From: an uncultured Acidobacteriota bacterium
GTDB lineage: Bacteria > Acidobacteriota > Thermoanaerobaculia > Multivoradales > SZUA-115
DNA: 64,000 nucleotides
Assembly: GCA_963805975.1 (NCBI GenBank)
Contig: CAWDVR010000005.1
Location: 608,001-672,000 of the forward strand
Reading direction: 5' to 3'
Within the stretch, counting starts at the first letter, position 1, and every line of letters starts with the position of its first letter. Both the position numbers and the translations under genes were made by a program. The notes under the pieces are model-generated. The model was given only the letters and a program-made list of their open reading frames with translations. It was not told where the DNA came from and did no database searches. Shown here piece by piece: positions 30,532 through 40,926 of this stretch.

Positions 30532-30755
30532 CACTAGAGAAGCCCCGGCCGGTGAAGGCACGGGGCTTCTCTTTCTACGGAGACAGAGACTCGTGAAAGG
30601 CCACGAGGCTACGTGTCTCCGCAGGATGATCCGCAATCCGGGTCAAGAGCAGGGTTAGGGTGTCGGGTGAGGGCGCAAGAGCGCTCGAAGATGCGATCTC
30701 CTGCTTGATCGGCAGGTGTCGAGGGCTTCGAGGTGTGGTCTGTTGAAGGGCACAA
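30532..30755 (-). repeat. Serine recombinase 3' end plus terminator hairpin (repeat partner of 28456-28669)
   Basis: Stem AGAGAAGCCCCG...CGGGGCTTCTCT at 30536-30572; shared GCTTCGAGGTGTG.TCTGTTGAAGGGCACAA end. Confidence 0.92.
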
Positions 30756-32181
30756 CAAGCATCATTGGCCCTCTCAAGGAGCAGCACAAAGGGAAACGAC
30801 GGTTCAACGGCAACGTGGTTTGGCGAGACAGTACGGTTCGAGGTCAGACAATCGAGGATGCGGCGCTTTTCGCCGACATTCGCCGTTCTGTAGGTCAACG
30901 AAGCCGTGCTTGCCAGTTCGAGGATTCTCTCGGCGTCGTCGACTCGCGTCCTCGCAGGATCGTCAAGCGAGGCGATCTCGTCCTCAACACGCCGCTTCTC
31001 CTTCAAGAGCCGTCGTCGCTTCTCTTCATAGGTCTCCTTGTCCACGCTTTGGTCTAGGTAGGCGTCGGTCAATCGGTCGAGCCGCGCTGCGACCTGGCCG
31101 GCTGGCAGGCAAAGAGCGTTCGGCTTCGTTCGGCTTCCCCTCGTGCCTGCTCGCCTCGCTCTCGAAGCGCTGCGGCGAAGATCGCCTTGGCTTCCTCTCG
31201 GAACTGGAGCTGCGCCAAGACGCCCTGCACGGCTTCGTCGAGCTTCTCCTCTCGGATGCCCGTCATCGGGCAGCCTTTGGTGTGGCAGCGATAGTCGACG
31301 TGGCCCTTCTGGCGTTCACCGATGAGTGTGGTGCGGCACTCGGCACACCGGAAGAGCTTGCGGAAGGCGAAGTCGTGCTTGACGACCCGCGGCACGTTCC
31401 GACCGTGAAGGATCTCCTGTACGCGATCGAAGAGAGCTGTGCCGATCAGAGGCTCGTGGATTCCAGGATAGGTCTCCTTGGTCTTCTTGATCCGGATGAG
31501 GCCGGTGTAGAAGGGGTTCTGGAGCATGATCCAGACGCCGGTCTGCGAGATGGGCGTTCCTCGCATGTTGGCGAGCCCAAGCTCGCGCATCTTCGCGGTC
31601 AAGGTCGGAACGCTGTACTGCCGTGTGGCGTATAGCTCAAAGGCCGTCCGCACCAGAGGCGCCCGTATCGGGTCGATCGCCTTGGGCTTGCCGCCTCCCA
31701 TGTTGAGGTATCCGACGGGCGCGCCGAAGGGATAGATGCCCTGCTTGAGGCGTCCATAGAGGCCCTTCTTGGTTTCCTCGCGGAGGTTGCGGATGTAGTC
31801 AGCGGCGATGACCGCCTGAATGTCGGCGGTGAGCCGGCCGCCGCGCGACGTGAGATCGAGATTGTCCGAGACGAAGTGGACGTTGACGCCAGCATCGATG
31901 AGCTCCCCGAGATCGGCCCAATCGCGGAGGTTCCGCGCAGAGCGGTCGATCTTGTGGATGACGACGCCCTCGACTTTTCGCGCGCGAAGAAGCTTCACCA
32001 TCCTGGTGAAGACGGGCCGCCCGCGCTTGGCTGCGGTCTCGCGCTCCTCGAACCACTCGCTGATCTCTATCCCGCGTGCCTGCGCGTACCGCGCAATGGC
32101 GTCCTGCTGGACTTCGAGCGAGACACCCTGTTCACCCTGCTTTGCCGTGGATACGCGGATGTATCCGAAGCATAGGGTCAT
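30575..32181 (-). CDS. Large serine recombinase (resolvase + recombinase + Zn-ribbon), frameshifted near 31100
   Basis: YIRVST catalytic Ser, KIDRSARN, APVGY, NPFYTG, HEPLI, RCAEC..YRC and coiled coil continuing in ORF 30575..31072. Confidence 0.93.
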
Positions 32182-32390
32182 GAATGAAACGGTATTGAGT
32201 TGTAAAGGTTCGACCTGGGGTTCAGCGTATGCCGCTCGTCGCTCTCTGTCAAAGCGGCAGGATGATTGTGGCTTGCGATCTCACCGGCGAGCGTGACCCA
32301 CGAGCGGGTGAACTCCGCGACGGCCTGCTGCTCGCTCTCGGCGAGGTGCGGCAGCAGGCGCTCGATAGTTGCTTGAAGGGAATCAGTCAT
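32178..32390 (-). CDS. Small hypothetical protein coupled to the recombinase
   Basis: MTDSLQATIERLLPHL...; ATGA overlap with the recombinase start. Confidence 0.5.
   Translation of the reverse strand: MTDSLQATIERLLPHLAESEQQAVAEFTRSWVTLAGEIASHNHPAALTESDERHTLNPRSNLYNSIPFHS
32224..32252 (-). promoter_or_regulatory. Sigma70-type promoter for the serine recombinase
   Basis: TTGACA-N17-TACGCT about 40 nt upstream of the ATG. Confidence 0.65.
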
Positions 32391-32498
32391 TCGATTTAGG
32401 GTACTGACAACTCCTGCGCCGAGAAGACCGGCGTTCATGCTCCTCGGGCACAAGCTCCTGCCTTTTCCTCCTGAAGCGCGGAGCACACCCTGTGCTCC

Positions 32499-33118
32499 AT
32501 GAATACACACACCCGCGCGTACGCGCTCCGCCTGCATCGTCGTCTTCCCGAAGAGATCTGGGAACTGCTTCGCGACCTGGGCATTCCCGACTCGCTCGTC
32601 CATGACGGACTCATCGGGTGGGACGGCAGGCATGTAACGGTTCCGCTCATCACGCGCGACCGCAGAATCGCAGGCTTCGAGCCCCTCGCGATCTCCGAGC
32701 GCGGCATGTCGAGGTTGCCGAGGAGAGCGTCCCTGCCCGCCGACCGTTCCTCTACGGTGAGCACGCGCTCTCGTCGAAGCCGCGGCATGCCGTTCTCGCC
32801 CAAGGCGTGGTCGAGGCCCTTGTTCTCGGCGGAGCGGGATTCACAGCTCTCGCAGCGACCGGTGACGGGCTCAGTTTCAAGAGAGACGAGTGGATCGACC
32901 CGCTCTCGAAGATCGGGGAGCTGCTCGTCTGCCTGAAGCGAAGCGAGGAGAGCGTCAAAGCCGGCCTCTATCTCTCCTCAATCCTCCCGAACTGTCGCTT
33001 GGTGATGCTTCCCCCCGAGGTGCCGATCAGCGGCGGAGTCGCCGAGTTCCTCTCTGGTGTCGGGACGGCGGACGACCTTCGGAAGCTCCTGAACGCGACC
33101 GCAGAGAGCCGTGCCTGA
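32499..33118 (+). pseudogene. Degenerate Toprim/DNA primase-like protein, frameshifted
   Basis: IGWDGRHVTVP, FLYGEHAL and AVLAQGVVEALVL recall DnaG-like core/Toprim but lack the acidic motifs. Confidence 0.65.
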
Positions 33119-34528
33119 GGCGGAGAAGGAGAAGCGCCGACCGCGGCCGTCTGTCGGTGCGGTGCTTGAAGGCGGCGAGATCGTCGAGATGATCCGCACG
33201 CAGGCAGGCGACGAGATTCCTCCTATGGGACGGGGAGACTTCCCGTGAGGAGTGCTCCGTTGACCTGCCTTTCGGGACTCCGCCTGGTGCCGTACTCGCC
33301 GGAGAACAACCTCCTCGTGCATCAGGTGGTGCTCTTCCCATCCGGCACCGAGGAGTACGGGGGCGAAGCGGAGCTCGCTGCTGCCGTCCAGTCCTTCATC
33401 CATCGATATGTGGATCTCTCGCCCCTCTACGAAGAAGTCGCCGCCTGGTACGTGCTCTTCACGTGGATCTACGATTCCTTCAACGAGGTGCCGTACCTCC
33501 GCGTCCGCGGCGACTATGGCTCCGGCAAGTCGCGCTTCCTCCTCACCGTGGGCTCCCTCTGCTACCGGCCGATCTTCGCCTCGGGCGCTTCGACCGTCTC
33601 TCCCATCTTTCGGATACTGGACTCCATGAAGGGAACCCTCGTCGTTGACGAGGGAGACTTCCGCGTCTCCGACGAGAAGGCGGAGGTGGTCAAGATCCTC
33701 AACAACGGGAACGCGCGCGGTTTCCCCGTGCTCCGAAGCGAGCAGACGCCTTCCAAGGAATTCAACCCGACCGCGTACTCGGTCTTCGGCCCCAAGCTCG
33801 TCGCGACACGCGGTTTCTTTGAGGATCGGGCGCTTGAGAGCCGGTGCATCACCGAAGAGCTGGGCGGAAGATCGCTCCGCCGCGACATCCCGCTCAACCT
33901 GCCGGCGAGCTTCCGAGAGGAGGCGCTTAACCTGCGCAACAAGCTTCTCTTGTATCGGTTCAGGAACAGGGGCCGAGAGCGGCTGCTCGGTGAGGTCGAA
34001 GACCGGACGCTTGAGCCACGGGTCTCGCAGATCTTTGCGCCGCTGCTCGCGACCGTGAGCGACGTGCAGGCGCGGGAGCGCGTGAAGCTCCTGGCCCAAG
34101 GCGCAAGCAAAGGACTGACCGTCGAGCGGTCAGCGACGATCGAGGCGCAGGTGGTCGAGGTGCTCTCCGAGTTCGTCGGTACTCGCGAGACAGTCTCGGT
34201 CAAGGAGATCACCGAGCGATTCCAAGTGAGGTTCGGCGGAGAGCTGGAGCGGCCCGTGTCGCCCCGGTGGGTCGGGTCGATCCTCCGGCGCCGCCTTTTC
34301 TTGGCGCATGCAAGAGCAACGGCACGTTCGTCCTTTCGCTTGCCGACCGCGAGAACACGGCCCGCCTCATGGAGAGTACGGCGTCCTCACCTCCAGTGGA
34401 GATGGGGACGTCGGGATGTCTCAGGGGGACGCGCTCGACGGATAGCTCCGTCGGCAGCGATACCGCGGGCCGGTGATGCCCGTCCTCTCGGTCGTCCCCA
34501 CGTCCCTATGTCTGCGGAGAACCGCTGA
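33111..34528 (+). CDS. P-loop ATPase, probable replicative helicase of the element (DUF3631-like), frameshifted at both ends
   Basis: PYLRVRGDYGSGKS Walker A; TLVVDE Walker B; ALESRC arginine finger. Confidence 0.8.
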
Positions 34529-34538
34529 CAGTCTCCCC

Positions 34539-34577
34539 AGACTCCTGCCACAGCGGCAGGAGTCTCTTTGATTTTTT
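34539..34577 (+). terminator. Rho-independent terminator
   Basis: AGACTCCTGCC-ACAGC-GGCAGGAGTCT followed by CTTTGATTTTTT. Confidence 0.8.
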
Positions 34578-34592
34578 CCCTAGGTCGCTCGG

Positions 34593-34955
34593 GTGACTTG
34601 TTCTGCGGACTATCCACGTCCTCTCAACAACTACATCAAAACGCATCGCAAGCGCCTGGGCCTTTCCCAGGATCGGCTGGCGCTGCTCCTCGGCGTCGAG
34701 GAAGGCGCCCGGTCTCTCGCTATGAGAGCGGCCGCATCCCAAGCCTGGTGACTGCGATCACGCTCTCCCGCGTCTTCGGGGTCTCCGTCGAGAGCTTGTT
34801 CTTGGAGAAGTCCTCAAGGTCGGATCGTTACTCGCACAACGTGTCCATGCCCTCGAAGGGCGGGTCGAGAAAGAGACACACCGAGGCGACAGCGAGCGGA
34901 AGCTAGAGATCCTCTGCGATATCGCCGAGCGGGTAGGCACCACGCATCACCATGA
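34593..34955 (+). pseudogene. XRE-family HTH regulator, frameshifted
   Basis: NNYIKTHRKRLGLSQDRLALLLG joins VSRYESGRIPSLVTAITLSRVFGVSVESLF in another frame. Confidence 0.8.
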
Positions 34956-35444
34956 ACCATCTCGGAGTGCTCGCGCTTGACCCCACTACCAAAGGCTTCG
35001 CCTATGCAGTCCTCGAAGGAAGCGCAAGCTTCTTGATTGGGGCCTTGCGCAGTCCCGTGTGAAGAGCGACCCCCAGAGCCTTCGACGGATCAAAGCGCTC
35101 CTTGACCGCTACGAGCCTGATCTCCTTGTCCTCGAAGAAGGCGAAGGCTCCCGAAGGGGTGCTCGCGCCAAGCGCCTCCTCGGGAAGGTGGAGGCGCTCG
35201 CACGAGAGCGCGGCATCGCTGTTCGCAGTGTCTCGCGCACGCAGGTGCGCGAGGCTTCAAGCTCTCGGGCACGACGAAGCGCTCGATCGCTCTCGAAGTC
35301 ACGCGCCGCTACCGATACCTTACGCTCCGGCTGCCCAGGCGACGCAAGCCCTGGGATAGCGAGACGGAGCGGATGTCGATCTTTGATGCGGTCTCATTCG
35401 GGCTCGCCGCTCTGTGGGCTATCGAAGGCACCGAGGCCGCGTAG
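34952..35444 (+). pseudogene. RuvC-like RNase H-fold protein, frameshifted
   Basis: VLALDPTTKGFAYAVLEG, PDLLVLEE and RMSIFDAVS across frames. Confidence 0.7.
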
Positions 35445-35524
35445 CTCCCGGACAGTCGAAACCCGCAACCAGCCCGCCGACAGCGGCAGGCTCGGGGGCG
35501 GTGTACTTCACGAAGGGAGGTCGT

Positions 35525-35806
35525 GTGGAAACAAAGGCGGCACTGTCCCGCTCGGACAGGTCGTCGCGACGCCGGGAGCGCTGGAGGCGCTCGCCGCCGC
35601 GAACCAGAGTCCGGCGGAGTTCCTGTCCCGGCACGTCTTCGGCGATTGGGGTCGCTGTGCAGGGAAGACAAGCGGACGAACGGAGATGCACTCCGGAACG
35701 GCCTGCGCGTCCTCTCGGCGTCAGGACAACGAAGGACGTGAAGCTCTGGGTCGTCGCCGAAGCGGATCGTTCCTTCACCTACCCTCTCCTGCCTCGACAG
35801 TACTGA
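35525..35806 (+). pseudogene. Small plasmid/ICE-associated protein, frameshifted
   Basis: GGGAGG RBS; LGQVVATPGALEAL...LSRHVFGDWG...ALRNGLRVLS...KLWVVAEADRS..LLP..Y. Confidence 0.7.
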
Positions 35807-36424
35807 GTCCCCACCTGACGACCAAAGAAGGCGAGGCGAGCCCCTGGCTCGCGTGGGGGAGAGATGCTTCCCCAAGGAGATGACGTGTGCGACACGTGAG
35901 AAATTTCTCGATCGAGGCGGTGATCGACGGACGGGAGTTCGGCTCCGAGGCGGGCCGCGGGCACGGGAGGGAGCGCTCTCCCTCCGGCTCTCCAGCGGGA
36001 CGGCGCCAGAAGCTCTGCTCGCACTTGAGGTCTTCTGCTCTGCGACCGCAAGCGGGGTGCTCCGGCTCCACCTCTTCCCCAAGCTCCCGACAAGGCCCGC
36101 CCTTCCCTCTGACGTGCTCTCGATCGAGACGAGGAGGTGAGGCGTGATCTTGGTAGAGTCCCGGTGCCGGTTGAGGTCGCGGTGGACTTGGAGGACCAGA
36201 GAGTGCTGTCGGTGACGGTCTGCGACAAGCTTGTGGGAGCGCGGGTCGCCTTCTACGCGTCAACGGTCGTGAGCCTAGGTGGAGGAGATAGTCGAGGCCC
36301 GGAGGATCGCGAGGCGGGCTCTCTGGCCGGCGTGGGAGGTCGGGTGTTGGCGGGGCGTGGTGCTTGTTCTTTGGGTACGGGGAGGCTCGCGAGAGCCTCC
36401 CTTCTGCGTAGCATCGCTGCCGTA

Positions 36425-39400
36425 CTACGGAACTACGAGCGTCCCCGCCGACATGTCGCCAGTCTCGAATCCATCAGCGAAGATCGGAATGCGCATGCCG
36501 TAGTCGTGAAGGTAGAGTCGGCGCTTCTGGCGGTACGTTGGTATTGGTTGCCACAGTCCGGTAGTCGTAGGTGGTGCCGCATGACAAGCCGGTCACCACC
36601 TCCCCGAGGGTGATCTCGTCGGATCCACGTCCGAAGTCCCGCACCGGAGTCTGGTGTCCGTCAAGGTGTCGAGGCCCCACTCAAAATAACCCGTGTAGGT
36701 CGCTCAATCGATTGACCGATCCTCTCAGAAGCACGCTTATCGCATCGACATAGAGCTGTCCATGAATGGTAGCCAGGGGAAGATTGGGGTTGGTGCCACA
36801 GATGGTCTCTGGTGTCGACCTCGCGAGATGTTTTCTCTCTAAACTGCGCCTTGTCAGAGGCTGACTGAGCCTGAACGACCACCCAGCCTACCTTCCAGGA
36901 GAAGCGCTGAGCCTGCTGGCAAAGTCTTCATCATCGTTGTCGCCGCCGGCCGGAAATGTTTTCGAAGAAATAGTATGGATACCCTGAAGCGGCTCCAGCC
37001 GAGCTGGTATATGTGAAGTCGAAGCGCCCCGATCGCCGTTGCAGTAGGGCTCAACGCCTACGCTGGCCGTGAACGCTCTCGGTGCCGAGGAGCCGTGCAA
37101 ACGGTCCGGGACGACCACACTACACCTGAAATCATTGCTGAAGCGGCCGCATTCTCGGCAATGACATCGTCAGGTCACCCGGGCCGGGCAGACGGAATCT
37201 ACAAATGCGTACCTACATGCTAGTGTACGACGCCTGGGCTAAAGAGACCGATTCGCTCGATGCGGCAGCTCGTCACCAAACCGGTGGCCACACCAAACGC
37301 ACCATGCGGTGCTACCATCACAAACGGAGGCAGTTCCTCGCGACGGGGCGCTGGGTGGGTCGGTAGCTCCAACCGGTCGCCACACTCGGCACTATAGACG
37401 TAGGCAACAGCAGTATCTGATTCAGACCGGTATTCCGTCAACTGTCGCACGAACACGGAACTGATAGCGGTTGATGGCTTGAAGCGCGGTCTTCACGAGG
37501 TGTTGGGGTCCGTCGATAAGCGTATTTACGGTGGCAGTGTGTCCGCCATCAAGTCGCTCCACGGTGACAGCCGGCGACACGCCTGCCGCATGATCCAGCC
37601 GAGCGTCACCGCTGGCTGGCTCAGCGCGCCTCTGCTCGCTCCGCAAAGAGAAGCAGTTGATCCGAGACCACCGGTTCATCGCAAGGGCTCGTCGTGAATG
37701 CGAGCGTCGCCCCGTCATCATGGCCGGCGCTTCTCTGCGCGTGCGCCTCGAAGTAGTAGGTGGTGTCGCAGCCCAGGCCGGTAAGAGTGTGCGTTAGCTC
37801 TCTCCAGAGTCTCCGGAGCCGACACTCTGCGAGGGTGTCGAGTCTCCCAAGCTGGGCGCGGTTCCCCACTCGAACCATGCTTGTGTCGTAACCCCGTTCG
37901 GGAGTGTCTCGGCGGTAGACGGGCGGAATCTCGGTGATCTGATTTGCTGGATCAGTATCTGCCCGCGGCGGCGTCACGGGACACTCGTCCGTCTGGAAGA
38001 AACGTTGAGACCATCGTCGCTGCCTGCGCTGTTCTCGGCGTTCGCCTCTCTGCGTAGTAGAGCGTGTCGCACTCAAGACCAAAGACTGTATGGCTGAAGG
38101 TCTGAGGTTCGATCCGTTTCCCACGCCAATGTGTTCCGTGTCCGGGTCGGGGGTCGAGTCACCGGCTTCGAAGTCGAACCAGACCTCGGTAGAGAGCCCG
38201 TTCGAGTCAACTGTCATGTTGAGCCGAGCAGACGTCGCGGTCACCTGATCCTCATCAAGGGTTGTCACGGTCGGCGCGGTTCCCTCAGGGAGTTCCACTT
38301 CGAGGCTCACGTCGTCGATACGGAAGGTGGTCGGCTGCGAGTCGTTGTTGGTGGTTCCGAGGAAGTGCAGGCGCACGGTGTCGCCGATGAAGTTCTCGAG
38401 GTTGAACTGCCGGCGGACATAGCTACTCGAAGCGTCCTGATTCGAGTAGAGCCGAAGGGTGGCGCGGAAGTCGCCATCGGAGTCCTGAAGGGTGGCATTG
38501 AGGAAGTCCTGGGCTGCTCCGCCCGAGGGCTCACTGGTAGAGATCCTCGTCCAGAAGGTCAAGAGCGCCGACTCAGCGTCGGCCGGATCGTGACCTGCTG
38601 GTAGATCGTGCCGTTGAGACTGTTACCCGCGCTGCCGTCGGGCTCGGAAAGATAGGCATAGCCCGGCCCGAAATTGTGTGAGCCGAAGCGGTCATCAGCA
38701 TGGAAGTCGCCCGAAAGGGTCCAGTGGTCATCGTCGTCGAGGAAATCGCCATTCTGGATGAGATCGAGAGTCTGTGTCCCTCCACCACCACAGGCAGTCG
38801 TCTGGAAGGTACGGGTCGCCCCACTGACAGGACTCGGGCTGGCGCTGTTGTCAGCTTTGGCACGGAAGGAGTAGGTTCTGTTGCAGGCGAGCCCACCCAA
38901 GGTCATGCTCACCGGTACAGAGGTTCCTCCGGGTGGAACCGTCTGCGAGCCAGTGATGAAGTTGAGGCTGGAGCCCTCACCCCAATCGAACCAGACCTCT
39001 GTGCCACCACCGTTGGGGCTGACTGTCATGTTAAGAGAGGCCGCAGACTGGCTTATGGCAGTAGCTGCCACCGTGGTGATAGTGGGAGAGGTGGCGGACG
39101 AAGCGCCGAAATACCAGTTAGCAGAGCGTCGGACTCGAATGGGAGCACTCGTAATCCGAGCGTGTCCATTTGCAAAGAACGCTCTCTCCGCGTCTGTAGT
39201 TGCCACCTCGAGGTCAGGGTCGTCAACGGACCGTATCGGAATATCGCAGAGTGCCAAACTGTCCGTAAATGCAAGGCCGATTCTGTAGTCGTCGACTGTT
39301 CCTGCCAATTCGTCCAAGCCGCCCATGGCCATAAGAAGCGTAGCCACGTCATCACTAGTCAGCTGCCGTTGAATCTCGCGCAGTTGAGGATTCTGACCCT

Positions 39401-40102
39401 GTTGCATTACGGCTTCAGTGGGCGGTAGTCCCAAGAGCTGCGCCAGGTCTCTACTGGCATTGGCCGCAAAGGAGTGCCCGCTTGGGAGGTGTTGGGTGCT
39501 CCTAGATAGGTCGAGGAGTCAACTGGTTCCCACCCCACGAACGGATTGTTGGCGTCCTTGAAGAACCAGTGGAGGTTTCCATCGTCTCCGCGGCTATCGT
39601 CGGATGTTCCGGGTTCACCGTCTGGGCCGAGTCCGAATTCCAAGATTGTATTGGTACCGGCTGTAGACTGAGTGAAGTCGGAGTGTGCACAATATGGATC
39701 AGAGGCTGGACATGACTCGGCCCCGAGGTTTGGATGATGAAGTCCTAGCGCGTGGCCGAGTTCATGGAGGATGGTTGATTCGAAGTCGCGGTGGTTTGGC
39801 GGCACTTCGCTTGCGTTTGTCGTAAGATTACCGAAGCTCGGCTCCGATTCGTTCCACGTTTCAATTGCGTTGAAGATTCCTTGTCGTGAAGCTACCTCTG
39901 CTGTGCTCGTTCCGTCGATACAGACTCGGAGAAGGAGCGAAGTGCCGGAGCCGGTGTAGCCCATTGGATGAGTGATCGTATTTGAGCGGCCAGGCTCACC
40001 GCTAAAGAGGAAGGATCCGGCTATTAGCTGGGTCGGAAGGCCAAGCCAGAGCAAGAGAAGTATCTGGTGCCGCGTTCCTGTTAGAGCGTTGGGTAGTTTC
40101 AC
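36425..40102 (-). pseudogene. Large (~1200 aa) secreted metzincin protease with FN3-like repeats and FADGFE tail, many frameshifts
   Basis: Signal peptide; HELGHALGLHH; Met-turn EAVMQQG; four units, the clearest ending GL.C..TY.(F/Y); ends IFADGFETGDMSAGTLVVP-TAG at 36425. Confidence 0.8.
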
Positions 40103-40818
40103 TACTCGATCCTCGCCATGTCGGCCGCATCGCTTGCCCAGCGATTGAGGGTGCGCGCTGTCGCATCAAGGGTAGGCAAGAGTGAGAGCCCATTGTTTTC
40201 ACGTGCAGCGCTCGAGAGAGCATAGACTACGATCTCCTGTGCTCCGTGCGACTCTGCATGCACTCCGTGCAGTACTAAGGATCTGAGATCGAAGTTAAAA
40301 ACGGAGTAGTTCCCATCTATGATCCGTCGTGCCGACCCGTCGGCGCGACGTGGAAACAGCAGTTCATGGTTGGTAAGGTTCGTTGTCGTGGAGAGAAGCG
40401 GGATCTCGTCGAGTAGAGGCTCCAAGAGAGCAATGACCTCTTCAGGCGTGACCGAGAAGGTAAACGTGCCAGCGCGCTTATCTGCCTTTGGGAAGACGGC
40501 ATAGCCCTGTCCGGAGGCAAAAAGCCGCACGAGAATGGTGTCTTCTCCTTGTTCATTTGACAGCACGCGCCACTCGACGACAGGTGAGGCCGAAGTGAAG
40601 AGTGGACGGGAGTCCGAAGCGACAACCGTGGGCTGTGATAGGGCCGGAGATGTGGACTGATCGAGAGGATGAGGATGGGTCGATGGCCCGTCGCTTCGGG
40701 TCTGTTCAGGTGGTCGCTTCCAAAGTGGGGTAGCTTGAGAGGGCGACCAGATGCTGGTCAGAAACAGAGATAGGCACACAATTGTGCATATAGATATAGA
40801 TACCTTGAATACTTTCAT
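40102..40818 (-). CDS. Hypothetical exported protein
   Basis: Hydrophobic N-terminus MKVFKVSISICTIVCLSLFL; TTGACA-N17-CATTAT just upstream; stop overlaps the protease start. Confidence 0.6.
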   Translation of the reverse strand: MKVFKVSISICTIVCLSLFLTSIWSPSQATPLWKRPPEQTRSDGPSTHPHPLDQSTSPALSQPTVVASDSRPLFTSASPVVEWRVLSNEQGEDTILVRLFASGQGYAVFPKADKRAGTFTFSVTPEEVIALLEPLLDEIPLLSTTTNLTNHELLFPRRADGSARRIIDGNYSVFNFDLRSLVLHGVHAESHGAQEIVVYALSSAARENNGLSLLPTLDATARTLNRWASDAADMARIE

Positions 40819-40926
40819 GGTGAGATAATGGCCTGATGATGGAAGGGTGTCAAGCACTGACGTTGTCCTCTTAGAAGCAGGGATCGCCCCCGTGGTAAGT
40901 AGATTTGGTTAGTGCATCCTGGCTGG

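Noticed and set aside
32446-32454. GGGCACAAG matching the end of the recombinase-tail repeat as a third att site
   Set aside because: Only 9 bp with no flanking similarity; could be chance
34952-35444. RuvC-like ORF as TnpB/Cas12
   Set aside because: Only ~165 aa, no zinc finger or wedge domain, no adjacent array or IS ends
35853-36613. Several short ORFs downstream of the plasmid-associated gene
   Set aside because: Probably a frameshifted small gene, but no motif or reliable boundaries could be established
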